From: Eledone cirrhosa
Taxonomy: Eukaryota
Assembly: GCA_964016885.1 (NCBI GenBank)
Contig: OZ024748.1
Location: 48,112,001 to 48,176,000, forward strand
DNA: 64,000 nt
Reading direction: 5' to 3'
Position numbers and translations under genes: made by a program. The notes below the pieces were generated by a model. That model was not told where the DNA came from and made no database searches. It saw only the letters and a list, made by a program, of their open reading frames with translations. Positions 1-14,575 of this stretch are shown here, one piece after another (the first letter of the stretch is position 1; the number at the start of each line of letters is the position of its first letter).

Positions 1-104
1 GTCTCCCCTTTTCATATATACATGATTATATAATAATAAAGAAACAGTTTTGCATCATATATGATTATATATAATAATATATATACATTAGGAGGGTCAT
101 GTTG

Positions 105-416
105 CCAATAATATATATATATAATAAAATATATATACAATTATATATATATACAATTATACATATATGATTATATATAATAATATATATAGGATTATAT
201 ATATATATATAATTATATATATACAATTATATATATACAATTATATATATATGATTATATATATATGTAATTATATATATACAATTATATATATGCAATT
301 ATATATATACGATTATATATATAATAATATATATATGATTATATATAATTATATGTATACGATTATACATATATAATTATATATATAAGATTATACATAT
401 ATAATTATATATATAC
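105..416. repeat. AT-rich (TA)n-derived minisatellite
   Basis: Degenerate ATGATTATATATA/ACAATTATATATA repeats. Confidence 0.85.
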
Positions 417-1350
417 AAGGAAAACCGTGATATTGTCGGGGAGAAGTGTGTCCGTAATGATGATGGTGTACTTGCCCTCACTGATGCTGATAAGAAGGGA
501 GCTTGGAAGTGTCCCTACGAGAGACTACTAAATGAGGAGAATAAATGGGAAAAAGATAGTCTGCACCAAATCGATCCAATAGAGGGACCAGCGGTGCAAG
601 TTGGTTGTATAATAAGTAAGGCAATCAAAGATATGAAGACAGGCACGGCAGCTGGGCCTTCGGAGATAGTTGCTGAGATGTTGAAAGCATCTGGAATGGT
701 GAATATGGTCACCGAGTAATACAGAATGGTGTCATACCAAATGACTGGCATAGCAACAGCATCGTTAACTGTTACAAGGGTAAAGGAGATGCTCTAGGTA
801 GGGGAAACAGAAAGAGTTATAGCACAACTAATCAGAGAGCGAATCGATCTAGATGAAATGCAGATTGGGTTTGTGTCAGATAAAAGTACCACAGATGCTC
901 TTTTCCTTGTACGACAACTACAGGAGAAGTACCTAGCTAAAAGTAAACCCTCTACTTAGCTTTTGTTGACTTGGAGAAAGCCTTTGACAGAGTCCCGCGC
1001 TCCATTATCTGGTAGGCTCTTAGAAAGCTAGGAGTAGATGAAGAGCTATACAAGCCATGTATAAAGATACTCTCAGTAAGAATTCACAATGAATATGGTG
1101 AATAATTTAGCGTAAAAGTTGGTATTTATCAAGACTCTGTACGTAGCCCCCCTCCTATTTATTATTGTCCTTCTGGCTAAAACAGAGGAGTTTAAGACTG
1201 ACTGTCCATGGGAGCTTCTATATGCTTCTATATGCTTCTATATGCTTCTATAGCTGAATCTATGGCTGAATTAGAGAAGAAATTCCAACATGCTTTGTGG
1301 TCGGCATATAGCTAGCAAAGGAAATGCAGACATTAAAACGATGATGATGA
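417..1350 (+). mobile_element. Decayed, internally deleted RTE LINE (same family as 26898-30193)
   Basis: Colinear DNA similarity with ~27959-28905 (RT region) but with stops and frameshifts; then jumps to an RTE-type tail GACATTAAAACGATGATGATG. Confidence 0.85.
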
Positions 1351-1444
1351 ATATCAGAAATTATTTAATTATTTAATGTTATGAATGAATTAAAAATAAG
1401 TATAAGGTGAGACATGAACAAAATTTGTCAATGATGAAATAATG

Positions 1445-1665
1445 GTTTTTGATTTAGACATAAGGACAACAATATTTTTTGGAGGGGGCGAGGAAAGTCG
1501 ATTAGATAGACCCCAGTGTGTTACTGGTATTTTATTTTATCAACACTGCAAGGAAGAAAGGCAAAGTTAACTTTAGCAAGATTTGAACTCAGAACATAAA
1601 GGAACATAGCTATATGCCGGCCACAAAGCATGTTGGCTAATTCCCTACCGATACTGACAATCCAC
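1445..1665 (-). mobile_element. tRNA-derived SINE family A, diverged copy
   Basis: Matches the family A head, B box and central CTTTGCCTTTC...GATAAAATAAAATACCAG domain. Confidence 0.7.
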
Positions 1666-1789
1666 AACTCTAAATAATATGATAAAATAATAAAATAATA
1701 AAACAGTTGAATACTTACTATAATAAAAAGATTGCCCAGCGACTGATTTAAAGTCACAATGACGAGGATGAATCCCTTGCATATATTGA

Positions 1790-2665
1790 GGAAGATATAG
1801 AACCAAGGGCACTGTAGAGAATAATGATATAAAATATATTAAAGAATCCTTAATGAAATGGAGCTACAACCAATCATTGAAGAATTTGACAACCTTATTA
1901 CCATGAAAGAACTTGAGACAGCACTCAAAAACACTAAACTCAAGAAGAGTCCCGGTCCTGATGGAATAGTCCTAGAAGTTTTAGTTCATAGTGGCAATGC
2001 CTTGAGAACATCTCTGTTTTCTATTTTTAATTAGTTCTGGATCTCAGAAAGCTTACCATCTGATCTTGTTGATGCTAACATTTCTATTCTTTTTAAGAAA
2101 GGTGATCATAGTCTTTGTGCAAACTAACATGGCATATCATTGCTTAGCGTGGTTGGGAAACTCTTTGCCAACATCATACTCCAGAGACTACGACTTGCTG
2201 AAAAATTCCACCCTGAATCACAATCTGGATATAGGAGGTACCAATAGAAGTACCATAGACAGTATATTCACCTTACTTCAAATTATGGAGAAACGCAGAA
2301 AACAACAATGTAATTTACACATCGCCTTTATAGACTTCCCCAAGACTTTTGACTGCATCAATTGAGAACTACCTTTCGAAATCCTGAGAAAGCATGGCTG
2401 TCCAGCTACATTTGTTAGCATCATTAGGACTCTATATTCAAATATGAATGCTAGGCTTATTATAGATGGTGAATTGTCGAACCCTATCAACTACAATAGT
2501 GGGGTGAAGCAAGGCTGCAAACTTGCTCCTACTCTATTTGGGCTCTATGCTGCTGTGCTGCTCTTTATAGCCATCAAAGAATTCAGTTCCTCACACAGCC
2601 TCAATGTACACTTTAGATATGATGGTTATACTTTAGATCTGCATCGTCTCAAGTTCAACATATGC
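1790..2665 (+). mobile_element. Decayed RTE-clade LINE RT fragment (second family)
   Basis: KSPGPDG, FKKGDHS..HGISLLSVVGK, IAFIDFPKTFD and GVKQGCKLAPTLF motifs spread across frames. Confidence 0.8.
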
Positions 2666-2694
2666 ATATATGAGATACATCTCAGTGTTAATAA

Positions 2695-2840
2695 CATGTA
2701 GTGTTGGTATCACATAGTGTTGGTAACATGTAGTGTTGGTATCATCTAGTGTTGATACCATGTAGTGTTGGTACCATGTAGTGTTGGTAGCATGTAGTGT
2801 TGGTACCATGTACAGTTGGTTCCATGTACTGTTGATACCT
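2695..2840. repeat. Short minisatellite (~16-bp CATGTAGTGTTGGTAC)
   Basis: About 9 degenerate tandem copies. Confidence 0.85.
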
Positions 2841-3454
2841 CCTAGTATCATGGAAAAAGCACACAGGTAACGATTGTGGTGCCATGAGAAAATGAACTCA
2901 GTTCATGCCATAAAATGGTTGGCATTAGGAAGGGCATCCAGCCCAGAAACCATGCCAAAATGTAATGTATGAGCTAGACGCAGTCACCTGACTTGTTTGT
3001 CTGGCCACCAAACCTGACAACCCATCACATTAAATAGGCATAAAATGTTGATGATGATGACCCATGTCTAGTTTCATTTGAAGATGTGTAATGTCCTTGA
3101 ACAAGTCACTTTATTTCATGTTCCTCTTTCTGCCAGGATTTACAACTAGTAGACAGAATCAGAGGGGGGTGAAGGGCAGTCTAAAAATGATGTTAACTGA
3201 GAACAAACTTGAGGTTCTACCTTATTACTTTTACACCAACTTTAGTACACAGGATTTACGACTAGTAGACAGAATCCGATTTGATGAATTCCACCCCACT
3301 CTGTAAGTGAGTGAGTTCTGGAATCTTGCTGATTGATTAAAACAAAAGAAGTGAAATACCATTGAAATGACCTTGGTTCTAAATTATATTTAATGGTATA
3401 TGATACTATCTCAATAAGTAGAGAATTATGTTCAATGGTAAACATATGATACTA

Positions 3455-3564
3455 TCTCTCCTTCCTTCTCTTTCTCTTCCCATCCATTTCTCTCTATACC
3501 TTCCTCTTTCTCTCTTTCTTTCTGTTTGTCTGTCCAACTCTGTCTTATTTTCAGTATCTCTCTA

Positions 3565-3628
<64 letters not shown>

Positions 3629-3712
3629 CATCTCTCTCTTTTTGTCTATCTGTCTCTCTGTCTGTCTTTCTCATTCTCTCTATATATATATCTCTCTCTG
3701 TCTATCTATCTA

Positions 3713-3755
<43 letters not shown>

Positions 3756-3915
3756 TTGCTTGTTTGTCTTTCTCTCACTCATCTTTTCTCTATATATATA
3801 TATCTTTTTTTTCTCTATATATATATCTTTGTGCCTTTCTGCTCCTTTCTGTTTCTCTGCATGTTTATCTGGTTGCCCAACCATCACCACCACCACCATC
3901 ATCACCATCACCACC
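3455..3915. repeat. (CT)n-rich compound microsatellite with (CAC/CAT)n end
   Basis: Direct inspection. Confidence 0.9.
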
Positions 3916-3967
3916 ATATTTTTACCTGTTATTTAAGAAAGAAAATATATTAATATATGTCACTTAC

Positions 3968-4204
3968 TTCTTTTCACTCTCACCATTACGAAACCACTGG
4001 CAGAATAAAGATTATAATCTGGTGCATCATTTTTTGAAAAATAGCAATTTTGGTAATTAATATCTGCTTTAAATGACATGCATTGGTTTTTACTCATACA
4101 GAACTTTACACAGCTTGACAAATTTCCACCAGCAGAACCCAAAACATAGGCATCATTCATCAACTTGTTGAAGATAAATTCTAACGGGCAGGCTGATGTT
4201 ACAT
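3968..4204 (-). CDS. Exon encoding a PAN/apple-like domain (host gene not identified)
   Basis: Acceptor ATTTCAG and donor GTAAGTG; 237 bp, symmetric phase 1-1, open frame: DVTSACPLEFIFNKLMNDAYVLGSAGGNLSSCVKFCMSKNQCMSFKADINYQNCYFSKNDAPDYNLYSASGFVMVRVKR, with the C-x3-C-x5-C-x-SF...C-x-F PAN pattern. Confidence 0.7.
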
Positions 4205-4351
4205 CTGAAATAATTTCATATATTTCTTAATGAATCAACAAAAATATAAAGAATTTAAACCATTTAAATTTAATTTGTTTTTATTTTATTGTTATTGAAT
4301 ACAATTCCTAAGAAGAGTGCATTTCTGTTTCATCATCATCACTGTTTAATG

Positions 4352-4512
4352 CAGGGATTCCCAACATAAGGTGTGAAACCCACAGAGGGGGGTGAAGGGC
4401 AGTCTAAAAATGATGTTAACTGAGAACAAACTTGAGGTTCTACCTTATTACTTTTACACCAACTTTAGTACACATTACTGGGGCATGGTGCACAAAAGGT
4501 TGTGAACCACTG
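4352..4512. mobile_element. hAT (Charlie-like) MITE
   Basis: Imperfect TIRs CAGGGATTCCCAAC / GTTGTGAACCACTG; about 160 bp. Confidence 0.6.
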
Positions 4513-5779
4513 GGTTTTAACATCTATTTGTCATGCTTCTATGGGTTACATGGGTTGTTACATACTGTGGTTAGATTAGTCAGGTGAATACATCTTGCTT
4601 GTATGCCCCTTTTCTGGTATAATTTCTAAAGCTGGATACTTTTCCTAATGCCAACCACTTTACAGCATGAACTAGGACCATTTATCATGATTCCAGTGAC
4701 ATCTCTCAGTCTTCTTCCTTACTTTCCATGAGAACTGTATGCCTAACATTTTTTTTATACCAAACTGCTTGAAACTGCCCTGGATTTACTGGCTGCTTTT
4801 TGTTGTGACATCATATCATCTTGCAGAAATACCATCTAAATAATGAAATAATTAACAATTTTAATCAATCCCTCCAAATTCTTCATTAATTAATTGAAAT
4901 ACAGAGTATTTCATTAGAAATATTGTAATGAAAGTGTTAAAGTTCCATCTTCATAAAGCATATCAAGAGCAAGTCAGTTCATTTTTCAATAGTATCTATC
5001 TACAACCTTTCAAAGTAAATAAAGATTTGCATGTCTTTCTATATGATTGTATGTATTTCATGATTAACCCTTTCATTACCATATTTCTGATATAATACAC
5101 TGCCTATGATTTTAAAGTAAATTTGAAAATAACCAAACATTTGTGGAAATCAATTAAATAACCAACTTTTTCACTCTCAAGTCCATCTTGAGCTGCGAGG
5201 CTCATCAGGCTGTTACTTATCCCATTTTCCATGGCATTAAGCGACAGAGAGGTCAAGACTCCCCCTTGAACAAGACACCAGTCCATCATAGAGTTAAATT
5301 CCTAGCTATTTCTGGTACTCATTTTCAGCTGAGTATACTAGTGTTTTTCGCATTTTTTTTATGCTCTACTACTTCCTCATAACACCTTGCTTTAGATTTA
5401 GGAAGTCAAAGTGATTGAAATATTGTGGCTTTGTTCTCTCTCTCAACATATTTAATTTAGGTTTTTGGATTAAACTCACTGAAAACTTTTTCTATCCAGC
5501 TATCTAGAAAGTAAAGCTATCATACTCTTAAATATAATTATCTCCTCACAAATTACACGCCCCACCTCTAAAAAAACCCGACTATTTCACTAAGAAATAA
5601 ACCTTTAATCACCAACATACTTCAACTACAGGCTTACTGAAATATCTCTCCTTATTCTACAGCAATGACCACAATTCTCCCACCTCTGAACACATACCAG
5701 TCAAGTACTGGGGTTGATTCTTCCTCTGTATCTCTTCCTCACTTCCATTCTCTCATTCTTTATCCTTCTCTGGAAGAAA

Positions 5780-6635
5780 TCTGTTGTATTCAGACCTGGA
5801 GAGGAGATGGGATCCATCAGGTTTAAAAAATGCCCTAGAGATCCACAGGCATGGGACTGGTTAAAAAGAGGGGACCTCAAGAAAGCTACAGAGGGAATGC
5901 TACTGGCTGCACAGGAGCAAACCCTAAGAATGAAGTGGATGAAATATCATATTGTCACGGAGAGAGCTAGCCTGCTTTGTAGGATATCTGGAGAGAGAGA
6001 AGACAGGGGCTCATATCGTATCTAAGTGTAAACTCCTGGCCCAGACTCATTATATGGGATGGAGGCATGTTATTATAGGAAAAGTGATCAACTGCCATTT
6101 GTGCAAATAGAATGATTTACCCCACGCTGAGAGGTGGTATGAACATAAGCCAGAATCGGTGATGGAAAATGATTAGATGAAGGTGTTATGGGATTTCAGA
6201 ATACAAACTGATAAAGAATTAGAACACAATAGGACTGACTTTGTGGTTTTCAACAAAAAAAAGTTGTGCTTGATTATAGATGTAGCTTGCCCATTCAACA
6301 CAAGAGTACAGTAAAAGGAGAGGGAAAAAAATTAACTGGTACCAGGACCTGAAGTGGGAACTGAAAAAGATTTGCAACTGTCGTGAGATGAAGGTCATCC
6401 CCATCATCATAGGAGCACTGGGTACCATCTCGAAAGGTTACCAAGGCTGGCTAAAGACCATAAGCCCACACCCCTGTTTTGGAACACTTCAAAAGGCATG
6501 TCTACTTGAAATGCAAGGGCCCTCAGATATGTCCTGAATATCTGAAGCTGTGGGTAGCATCTTGATATTCATTAGGGCAATTATTCCGGTTGAATAACAT
6601 CAATGACTGTGACATCGAGTAAAAAATAATAATAA
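5780..6635 (+). mobile_element. R4/Dong-like RLE non-LTR retrotransposon, decayed 3' fragment
   Basis: WLKRGDLKKATEGMLLAAQEQ, WYEHKPES, LWDFRIQTD and IDVACP motifs; ends in (AAT)n. Confidence 0.8.
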
Positions 6636-6728
6636 TTGTTTCTACTTTAGGCACAAGGCCAGCAATTACCCAGTGCATTACTGGTACTTTATTTTATCGA
6701 CCCCGAGTAAAAAATAATAATAATAATA

Positions 6729-6914
6729 ATTGTTTCTACTTTAGGCACAAGGCCAGCAATTACCCAGTGTATTACTGGTACTTTATTTTATCGACCCCCG
6801 TAAGGATGAAAGGCAAAGTCAACCTCGGTGGGATTTGAACTCAGATCGTAAAGGGACATAACTATGCTGGAAAGCATGGCGTCCGACCCTCTACCGATAC
6901 TGCCAATCCACCAA
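6729..6914 (-). mobile_element. tRNA-derived SINE family A, full length (partial duplicate at ~6633-6703)
   Basis: A box TGGCAGTATCGG, B box GAGTTCAAATC, central GCCTTTCATCCTTACGGGGGTCGATAAAATAAAGTACCAG, (ATT)n tail. Confidence 0.88.
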
Positions 6915-7436
6915 TAATAATGATAATTTAATAGAAACAGGAAAATATGTCTCTTACCTCCTATGTATTGAAAGAGAAAGAAATGTTGCACTGGAATGAA
7001 ACAAAAGCAGAAATCAATTCACTGAATAAGATCTCATAATATAAAGATAACTAACCTTGGAAGAAAGCCATAATATAGTGAATCTTCCACATAGTGTTGA
7101 CAGCAGATTAACCATTAATAAACACTTGCTTAGGGCCTCAAGTAAAGTGGGTCCCATAGAATATTTCAGCATTTAGGGTTTGAAGTAAAGACTCAGGTGT
7201 TCCACCAATCCTGAACCACCCAGTGCTTTGAGAGCACACCCCTCTCCTCCTCATAGAGTATTTTTCCTGGACAGTATATTGGAGTACATTGGAGTTCGTT
7301 CCATATACAATATATTGAGACACCATAAACTATCCAGTGCTTAGAGGCCTCTGAAGCTTTTTAAACAGTGTCCAAAATAAAAAAATTAAAAGAAAATGCT
7401 ATACCAAGGAAGACTATATTGAAGTTGCGTTCCTAC

Positions 7437-10400
7437 TACATAGTAGTAATATAACATAGTAGTAATATTACATAGTAGTGATATTACATAGTAGTAATAT
7501 AACATAGTAGTAATATTACATAGTAGTAATATAACATAGTAGTAATATAACATAATAGTAATATAACATAGTAGTAATATAACATAGTAGTAATATTACA
7601 TAGTAGTAATATAACATAGTAGTAATATTACATAGTAGTAATATAACATAGTAGTAATATTACATAGTAGTAATATAACATAGTAGTAATATAACATAGT
7701 AGTAATATTACATAGTAGTAATATAACATAGTAGTAATATAACATAGTAGTAATATTACATAGTAGTAATATAACATAGTAGTAATATAACATAGTAGTA
7801 ATATTACATAGTAGTAATATAACATAGTAGTAATATAACATAGTAGTAATATTACATAGTAGTAATATAACATAGTAGTAATATAACATAGTAGTAATAT
7901 TACATAGTCGTGATATTACATAGTAGTAATATTACATAGTAGTAATATAACATAGTAGTAATATTACATAGTAGTAATATAACATAGTAGTAATATAACA
8001 TAGTAGTAATATTACATAGTAGTAATATTACATAGTAGTAATATTACATAGTAGTAATATTACATAGTAGTAATATTACATAGTAGTAATATAACATAGT
8101 AGTAATATAACATAGTAGTAATATTACATAGTAGTAATATAACATAGTAGTAATATAAGATAGTAGTAATATTACATAGTAGTAATATTACATAGTAGTA
8201 ATATAAGATAGTAGTAATATTACATAGTCGTAATATTACATAGTAGTAATATTACATAGTAGTAATATTACATAGTAGTAATATTACATAGTAGTAATAT
8301 AACATAGTAGTAATATAACATAGTAGTAATATAACATAGTAGTAATATTACATAGTAGTAATATTACATAGTAGTAATATTACATAGTGGTAATATAACA
8401 TAGTAGTAATATTACATAGTAGTAATATTACATAGTAGTAATATTACATAGTCGTAATATTACATAGTAGTAATATTACATAGTAGTAATATTACATAGT
8501 AGTAATATTACATAGTAGTAATATTACATAGTAGTAATATTACATAGTAGTAATATTACATAGTAGTAATATTACATAGTAGTAATATTACATAGTAGTA
8601 ATATAACATAGTCGTGATATTACATAGTAGTAATATTACATAGTAGTAATATAAGATAGTAGTAATATTACATAGTCGTAATATTACATAGTAGTAATAT
8701 TACATAGTAGTAATATTACATAGTGGTAATATAACATAGTAGTAATATTACATAGTCGTGATATTACATAGTAGTAATATTACATAGTAGTAATATAACA
8801 TAGTAGTAATATTACATAGTAGTAATATTACATAGTAGTAATATTACATACTAGTAATATTACATAGTAGTAATATAACATAGTAGTAATATTACATAGT
8901 AGTAATATAACATAGTAGTAATATTACATAGTCGTGATATTACATAGTAGTAATATTACATAGTAGTAATATAACATAGTAGTAATATTACATAGTAGTA
9001 ATATAACATAGTAGTAATATAACATAGTAGTAATATAACATAGTAGTAATATAACATAGTAGTAATATAACATAGTAGTAATATAACATAGTAGTAATAT
9101 AACATAGTAGTAATATAACATAGTAGTAATATTACATAGTAGTAATATTACATAGTAGTAATATAACATAGTAGTAATATAACATAGTAGTAATATAACA
9201 TAGTAGTAATATAACATAGTAGTAATATAACATAGTAGTAATATAACATAGTAGTAATATAACATAGTAGTAATATAACATAGTAGTAATATTACATAGT
9301 AGTAATATAACATAGTAGTAATATTACATAGTAGTAATATTACATAGTGGTAATATTACATAGTAGTAATATTACATAGTAGTAATATAACATAGTAGTA
9401 ATATAACATAGTAGTAATATAACATAGTAGTAATATAACATAGTAGTAATATAACATAGTAGTAATATTACATAGTAGTAATATAACATAGTAGTAATAT
9501 TACATAGTAGTAATATTACATAGTGGTAATATTACATAGTAGTAATATTACATAGTAGTAATATAACATAGTAGTAATATAACATAGTAGTAATATAACA
9601 TAGTAGTAATATAACATAGTAGTAATATAACATAGTAGTAATATTAAATAGTAGTAATATAACATAGTAGTAATATAACATAGTAGTAATATAACATAGT
9701 AGTAATATTACATAGTAGTAATATAACATAGTAGTAATATAACATAGTAGTAATATAACATAGTCGTGATATTACATAGTAGTAATATAACATAGTAGTA
9801 ATATAACATAGTAGTAATATTACATAGTAGTAATATAACATAGTAGTAATATAACATAGTAGTAATATAACATAGTAGTAATATTACATAGTAGTAATAT
9901 AACATAGTAGTAATATAACATAGTAGTAATATTACATAGTAGTAATATAACATAGTAGTAATATTACATAGTCGTGATATTACATAGTCGTGATATTACA
10001 TAGTCGTGATATTACATAGTAGTAATATTACATAGTAGTAATATAACATAGTAGTAATATAACATAGTAGTAATATAACATAGTAGTAATATTACATAGT
10101 GGTAATATAACATAGTAGTAATATTACATAGTAGTAATATAACATAGTAGTAATATTACATAGTAGTAATATAACATAGTAGTAATATTACATAGTAGTA
10201 ATATAACATAGTAGTAATATTACATAGTCGTGATATTACATAGTAGTAATATTACATAGTAGTAATATAACATAGTAGTAATATTACATAGTAGTAATAT
10301 AACATAGTAGTAATATAACATAGTAGTAATATAACATAGTAGTAATATAACATAGTAGTAATATTACATAGTAGAAATATTACATAGTAGTAATATTACA

Positions 10401-13102
10401 TAGTAGTAATATTACATAGTAGTAATATTACATAGTAGTAATATTACATAGTAGTAATATTACATAGTAGTAATATTACATAGTAGTAATATAACATAGT
10501 AGTAATATTACATAGTGGTAATATAACATAGTAGTAATATTACATAGTAGTAATATAACATAGTAGTAATATTACATAGTAGTAATATAACATAGTAGTA
10601 ATATTACATAGTAGTAATATAACATAGTAGTAATATTACATAGTCGTGATATTACATAGTAGTAATATTACATAGTAGTAATATAACATAGTAGTAATAT
10701 TACATAGTAGTAATATAACATAGTAGTAATATAACATAGTAGTAATATAACATAGTAGTAATATTACATAGTAGTAATATTACATAGTAGTAATATTACA
10801 TAGTAGTAATATTACATAGTAGTAATATTACATAGTAGTAATATTACATAGTAGTAATATTACATAGTAGTAATATTACATAGTAGTAATATTACATAGT
10901 AGTAATATAACATAGTAGTAATATTACATAGTAGTAATATTACATAGTAGTAATATAACATAGTAGTAATATTACATAGTAGTAATATAACATAGTCGTG
11001 ATATTACATAGTAGTAATATTACATAGTAGTAATATTACATAGTTGTAATATAACATAGTAGTAATATTACATAGTAGTAATATAACATAGTAGTAATAT
11101 TACATAGTCGTGATATTACATAGTAGTAATATTACATAGTAGTAATATTACATAGTAGTAATATTACATAGTAGTAATATTACATAGTAGTAATATTACA
11201 TAGTAGTAATATTACATAGTAGTAATATAACATAGTAGTAATATTACATAGTGGTAATATAACATAGTAGTAATATTACATAGTAGTAATATAACATAGT
11301 AGTAATATTACATAGTAGTAATATAACATAGTAGTAATATTACATAGTAGTAATATAACATAGTAGTAATATTACATAGTCGTGATATTACATAGTAGTA
11401 ATATTACATAGTAGTAATATAACATAGTAGTAATATTACATAGTAGTAATATAACATAGTAGTAATATAACATAGTAGTAATATAACATAGTAGTAATAT
11501 TACATAGTAGTAATATTACATAGTAGTAATATTACATAGTAGTAATATTACATAGTAGTAATATTACATTGTAGTAATATTACATAGTAGTAATATTACA
11601 TAGTTGTAATATTACATAGTAGTAATATAACATAGTAGTAATATTACATAGTAGTAATATTACATAGTAGTAATATAACATAGTAGTAATATTACATAGT
11701 AGTAATATAACATAGTCGTGATATTACATAGTAGTAATATTACATAGTAGTAATATTACATAGTTGTAATATAACATAGTAGTAATATTACATAGTAGTA
11801 ATATAACATAGTAGTAATATTACATAGTCGTGATATTACATAGTAGTAATATTACATAGTAGTAATATAACATAGTAGTAATATAACATAGTAGTAATAT
11901 AACATAGTAGTAATATAACATAGTAGTAATATAACATAGTAGTAATATTACATAGTAGTAATATTACATAGTAGTAATATTACATAGTCGTGATATTACA
12001 TAGTAGTAATATAACATAGTAGTAATATTACATAGTAGTAATATTACATAGTCGTGATATTACATAGTAGTAATATTACATAGTAGTAATATAACATAGT
12101 AGTAATATTACATAGTAGTAATATTACATAGTAGTAATATTACATAGTAGTAATATTACATAGTAGTAATATTACATAGTAGTAATATTACATAGTAGTA
12201 ATATTACATAGTAGTAATATTACATAGTAGTAATATAACATAGTAGTAATATAACATAGTAGTAATATAACATAGTCGTGATATTACATAGTAGTAATAT
12301 TACATAGTAGTAATATTACATAGTAGTAATATAACATAGTCGTGATATTACATAGTAGTAATATTACATAGTAGTAATATTACATAGTAGTAATATTACA
12401 TAGTAGTAATATAACATAGTAGTAATATAACATAGTAGTAATATAACATAGTAGTAATATTACATAGTAGTAATATAACATAGTAGTAATATTACATAGT
12501 AGTAATATTACATAGTGGTAATATTACATAGTAGTAATATTACATAGTAGTAATATTACATAGTAGTAATATAACATAGTCGTGATATTACATAGTAGTA
12601 ATATTACATAGTAGTAATATTACATAGTAGTAATATAACATAGTAGTAATATTACATAGTTGTATTACTACATAGAGTGTAATATTACATAGTAGTAATA
12701 TTACATAGTAGTAATATTACATAGTAGTAATATTACATAGTTGTATTACTACATAGAGTGTAATATTACATAGTAGTAATATTACATAGTAGTAATATTA
12801 CATAGTAGTAATATTACATAGTTGTATTACTACATAGAGTGTAATATTACATAGTAGTAATATAACATAGTAGTAATATTACATAGTAGTAATATTACAT
12901 AGTAGTAATATTACATAGTAGTAATATTACATAGTAGTAATATAACATAGTAGTAATATTACATAGTAGTAATATTACATAGTAGTAATATAACATAGTA
13001 GTAATATAACATAGAGTGTAATATTACATAGTAGTAATATTACATAGTAGTAATATAACATAGTAGTAATATAACATAGAGTGTAATATTACATAGTAGT
13101 AA
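7437..13102. repeat. 16-bp minisatellite array (CATAGTAGTAATATWA)n, about 350 units
   Basis: 5.67-kb uninterrupted tandem array with a few recurrent variants. Confidence 0.98.
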
Positions 13103-13104
13103 CA

Positions 13105-13287
13105 CTTGTTTCTACATTTGGCACAAGGCCAGCAATTACCCAGTACATTACTGGTACTTTATTTTATCGACCCCGTAAGAATGAAAGGCAAAGTTAACCT
13201 CGATGGGATTTGAACTCAGACCGTAAAGGGATGTAACTATGCTGCAAAGCATGGCGTCCAACCCTCCACCAATGCTGCCAATCCACA
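13105..13287 (-). mobile_element. tRNA-derived SINE family A
   Basis: Close match to the 6729-6914 copy. Confidence 0.85.
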
Positions 13288-13311
13288 TCATCAATAATAA
13301 TAATAATAATA

Positions 13312-13728
13312 ATGCTTTCTTTATCAACCACAAGGGTTGACATAAAGTATAACATTAAGGACAGTACAGGACAGTACAAATGTGCATTTCTACATGTAAA
13401 GAAAAAAAGACAAAATCAAAGAAATTACAAAAAAAAAGAAACAAAGGAAAATTCCCCAATTAGGGGGAGACTTCAGAGGGACACTTGTGGAGAAAGCCCA
13501 TTAAAAAAGCCACAGTGACCCTGACCACCAGGGCAAGGGCTCTCTCCCAGTTTTCCACCACCTCCAATTTACAGGCACATACTCAGAGTAGGCTCATTCA
13601 CTCGGGTCATGCTTGCCTCACTCACTCATCTTTCACCAAATTGCTGGGAAGTGAGCACTTCCCTCTCCACCCTGATTTTCCTTTTCAAATGAAATTTGAA
13701 AAAGTTAATCAGGACATCACCGAATAAG
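13312..13728 (-). mobile_element. Tx1/L1-like LINE 3' fragment
   Basis: C-terminal LINFFKFHLKRKIRVEREVL..QFGER(W) remnant, then a 3' UTR ending GATAAAGAAAGC(ATT)n. Confidence 0.6.
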
Positions 13729-13844
13729 GGATGATGATAATAATAATAATAATAATAATAATTGTTTCTACTTTAGGCACAAGGCCAGCAATTACCCAGT
13801 GCATTACTGGTACTTTATTTTATCGAATAATAATAATAATAATA

Positions 13845-14575
13845 AGGCTACAGAAGGAACGTTAGTGGATGAAACACCATATTTACAAGGAGGAGGCTAG
13901 CCCACTGTGCAGGATCTGTGGAGAGAGAGAGAGGAGACTGTGGCTCACATTGTATCCGAGTGTAAACACCTAGCCCAGACTCACTATAAAGGCTGGAGAC
14001 ATGATGTGATGGGCAGGGTGATCCACTGGCACCTATGCAAAGTAAACAATTTACCACATTCTGAGAAGTGGTATGAGCATAAGCCAGAGTCGGTGATAGA
14101 AAACAATCAGGTGAAGGTGCTGTGGGACTTTAGGATACAGACGGACAAGAAACTGGAACACAATAGACCTGACCTGGTGGTTTTGGACAAAGAAAAAAGA
14201 TTGTGCCTGATTGTGGATGTGGCCTGCCCATTCGACACGAGAGTGCAAGAGAAGGAGAGGGAGAAAATTAACCGATACCAGGACTTAAAGTGGGAGGTAA
14301 AAAGGATTTGGAACTGCCATGAAGTCAAAGTGGTCCCGATTGTCATAGGCGCACTAGGGACTATCTCCAAAAGTTTCCAGGGATGGTTAAAGAAAATTGG
14401 CCCCGCCACGTTTTTTGGAACGCTTCAAAAGGCATGCTTGCTGGGAACAGCAAGAACCCTCCGATACATCCTGAATATCTGAGGCTGCAGGTAGTGGCTC
14501 AACAAACTTTCCAGTTAACTAACATCAATGACTGAGACTCAAAGAACAATAATAATAATAATAATAATAACAATA
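13845..14575 (+). mobile_element. R4/Dong-like RLE retrotransposon, 5'-truncated, inserted in (TAA)n
   Basis: ORF 13907-14482 with a CCHC remnant (HIVSEC), RHD and RPD..D restriction-like endonuclease motifs; (AAT)n on both flanks. Confidence 0.88.
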
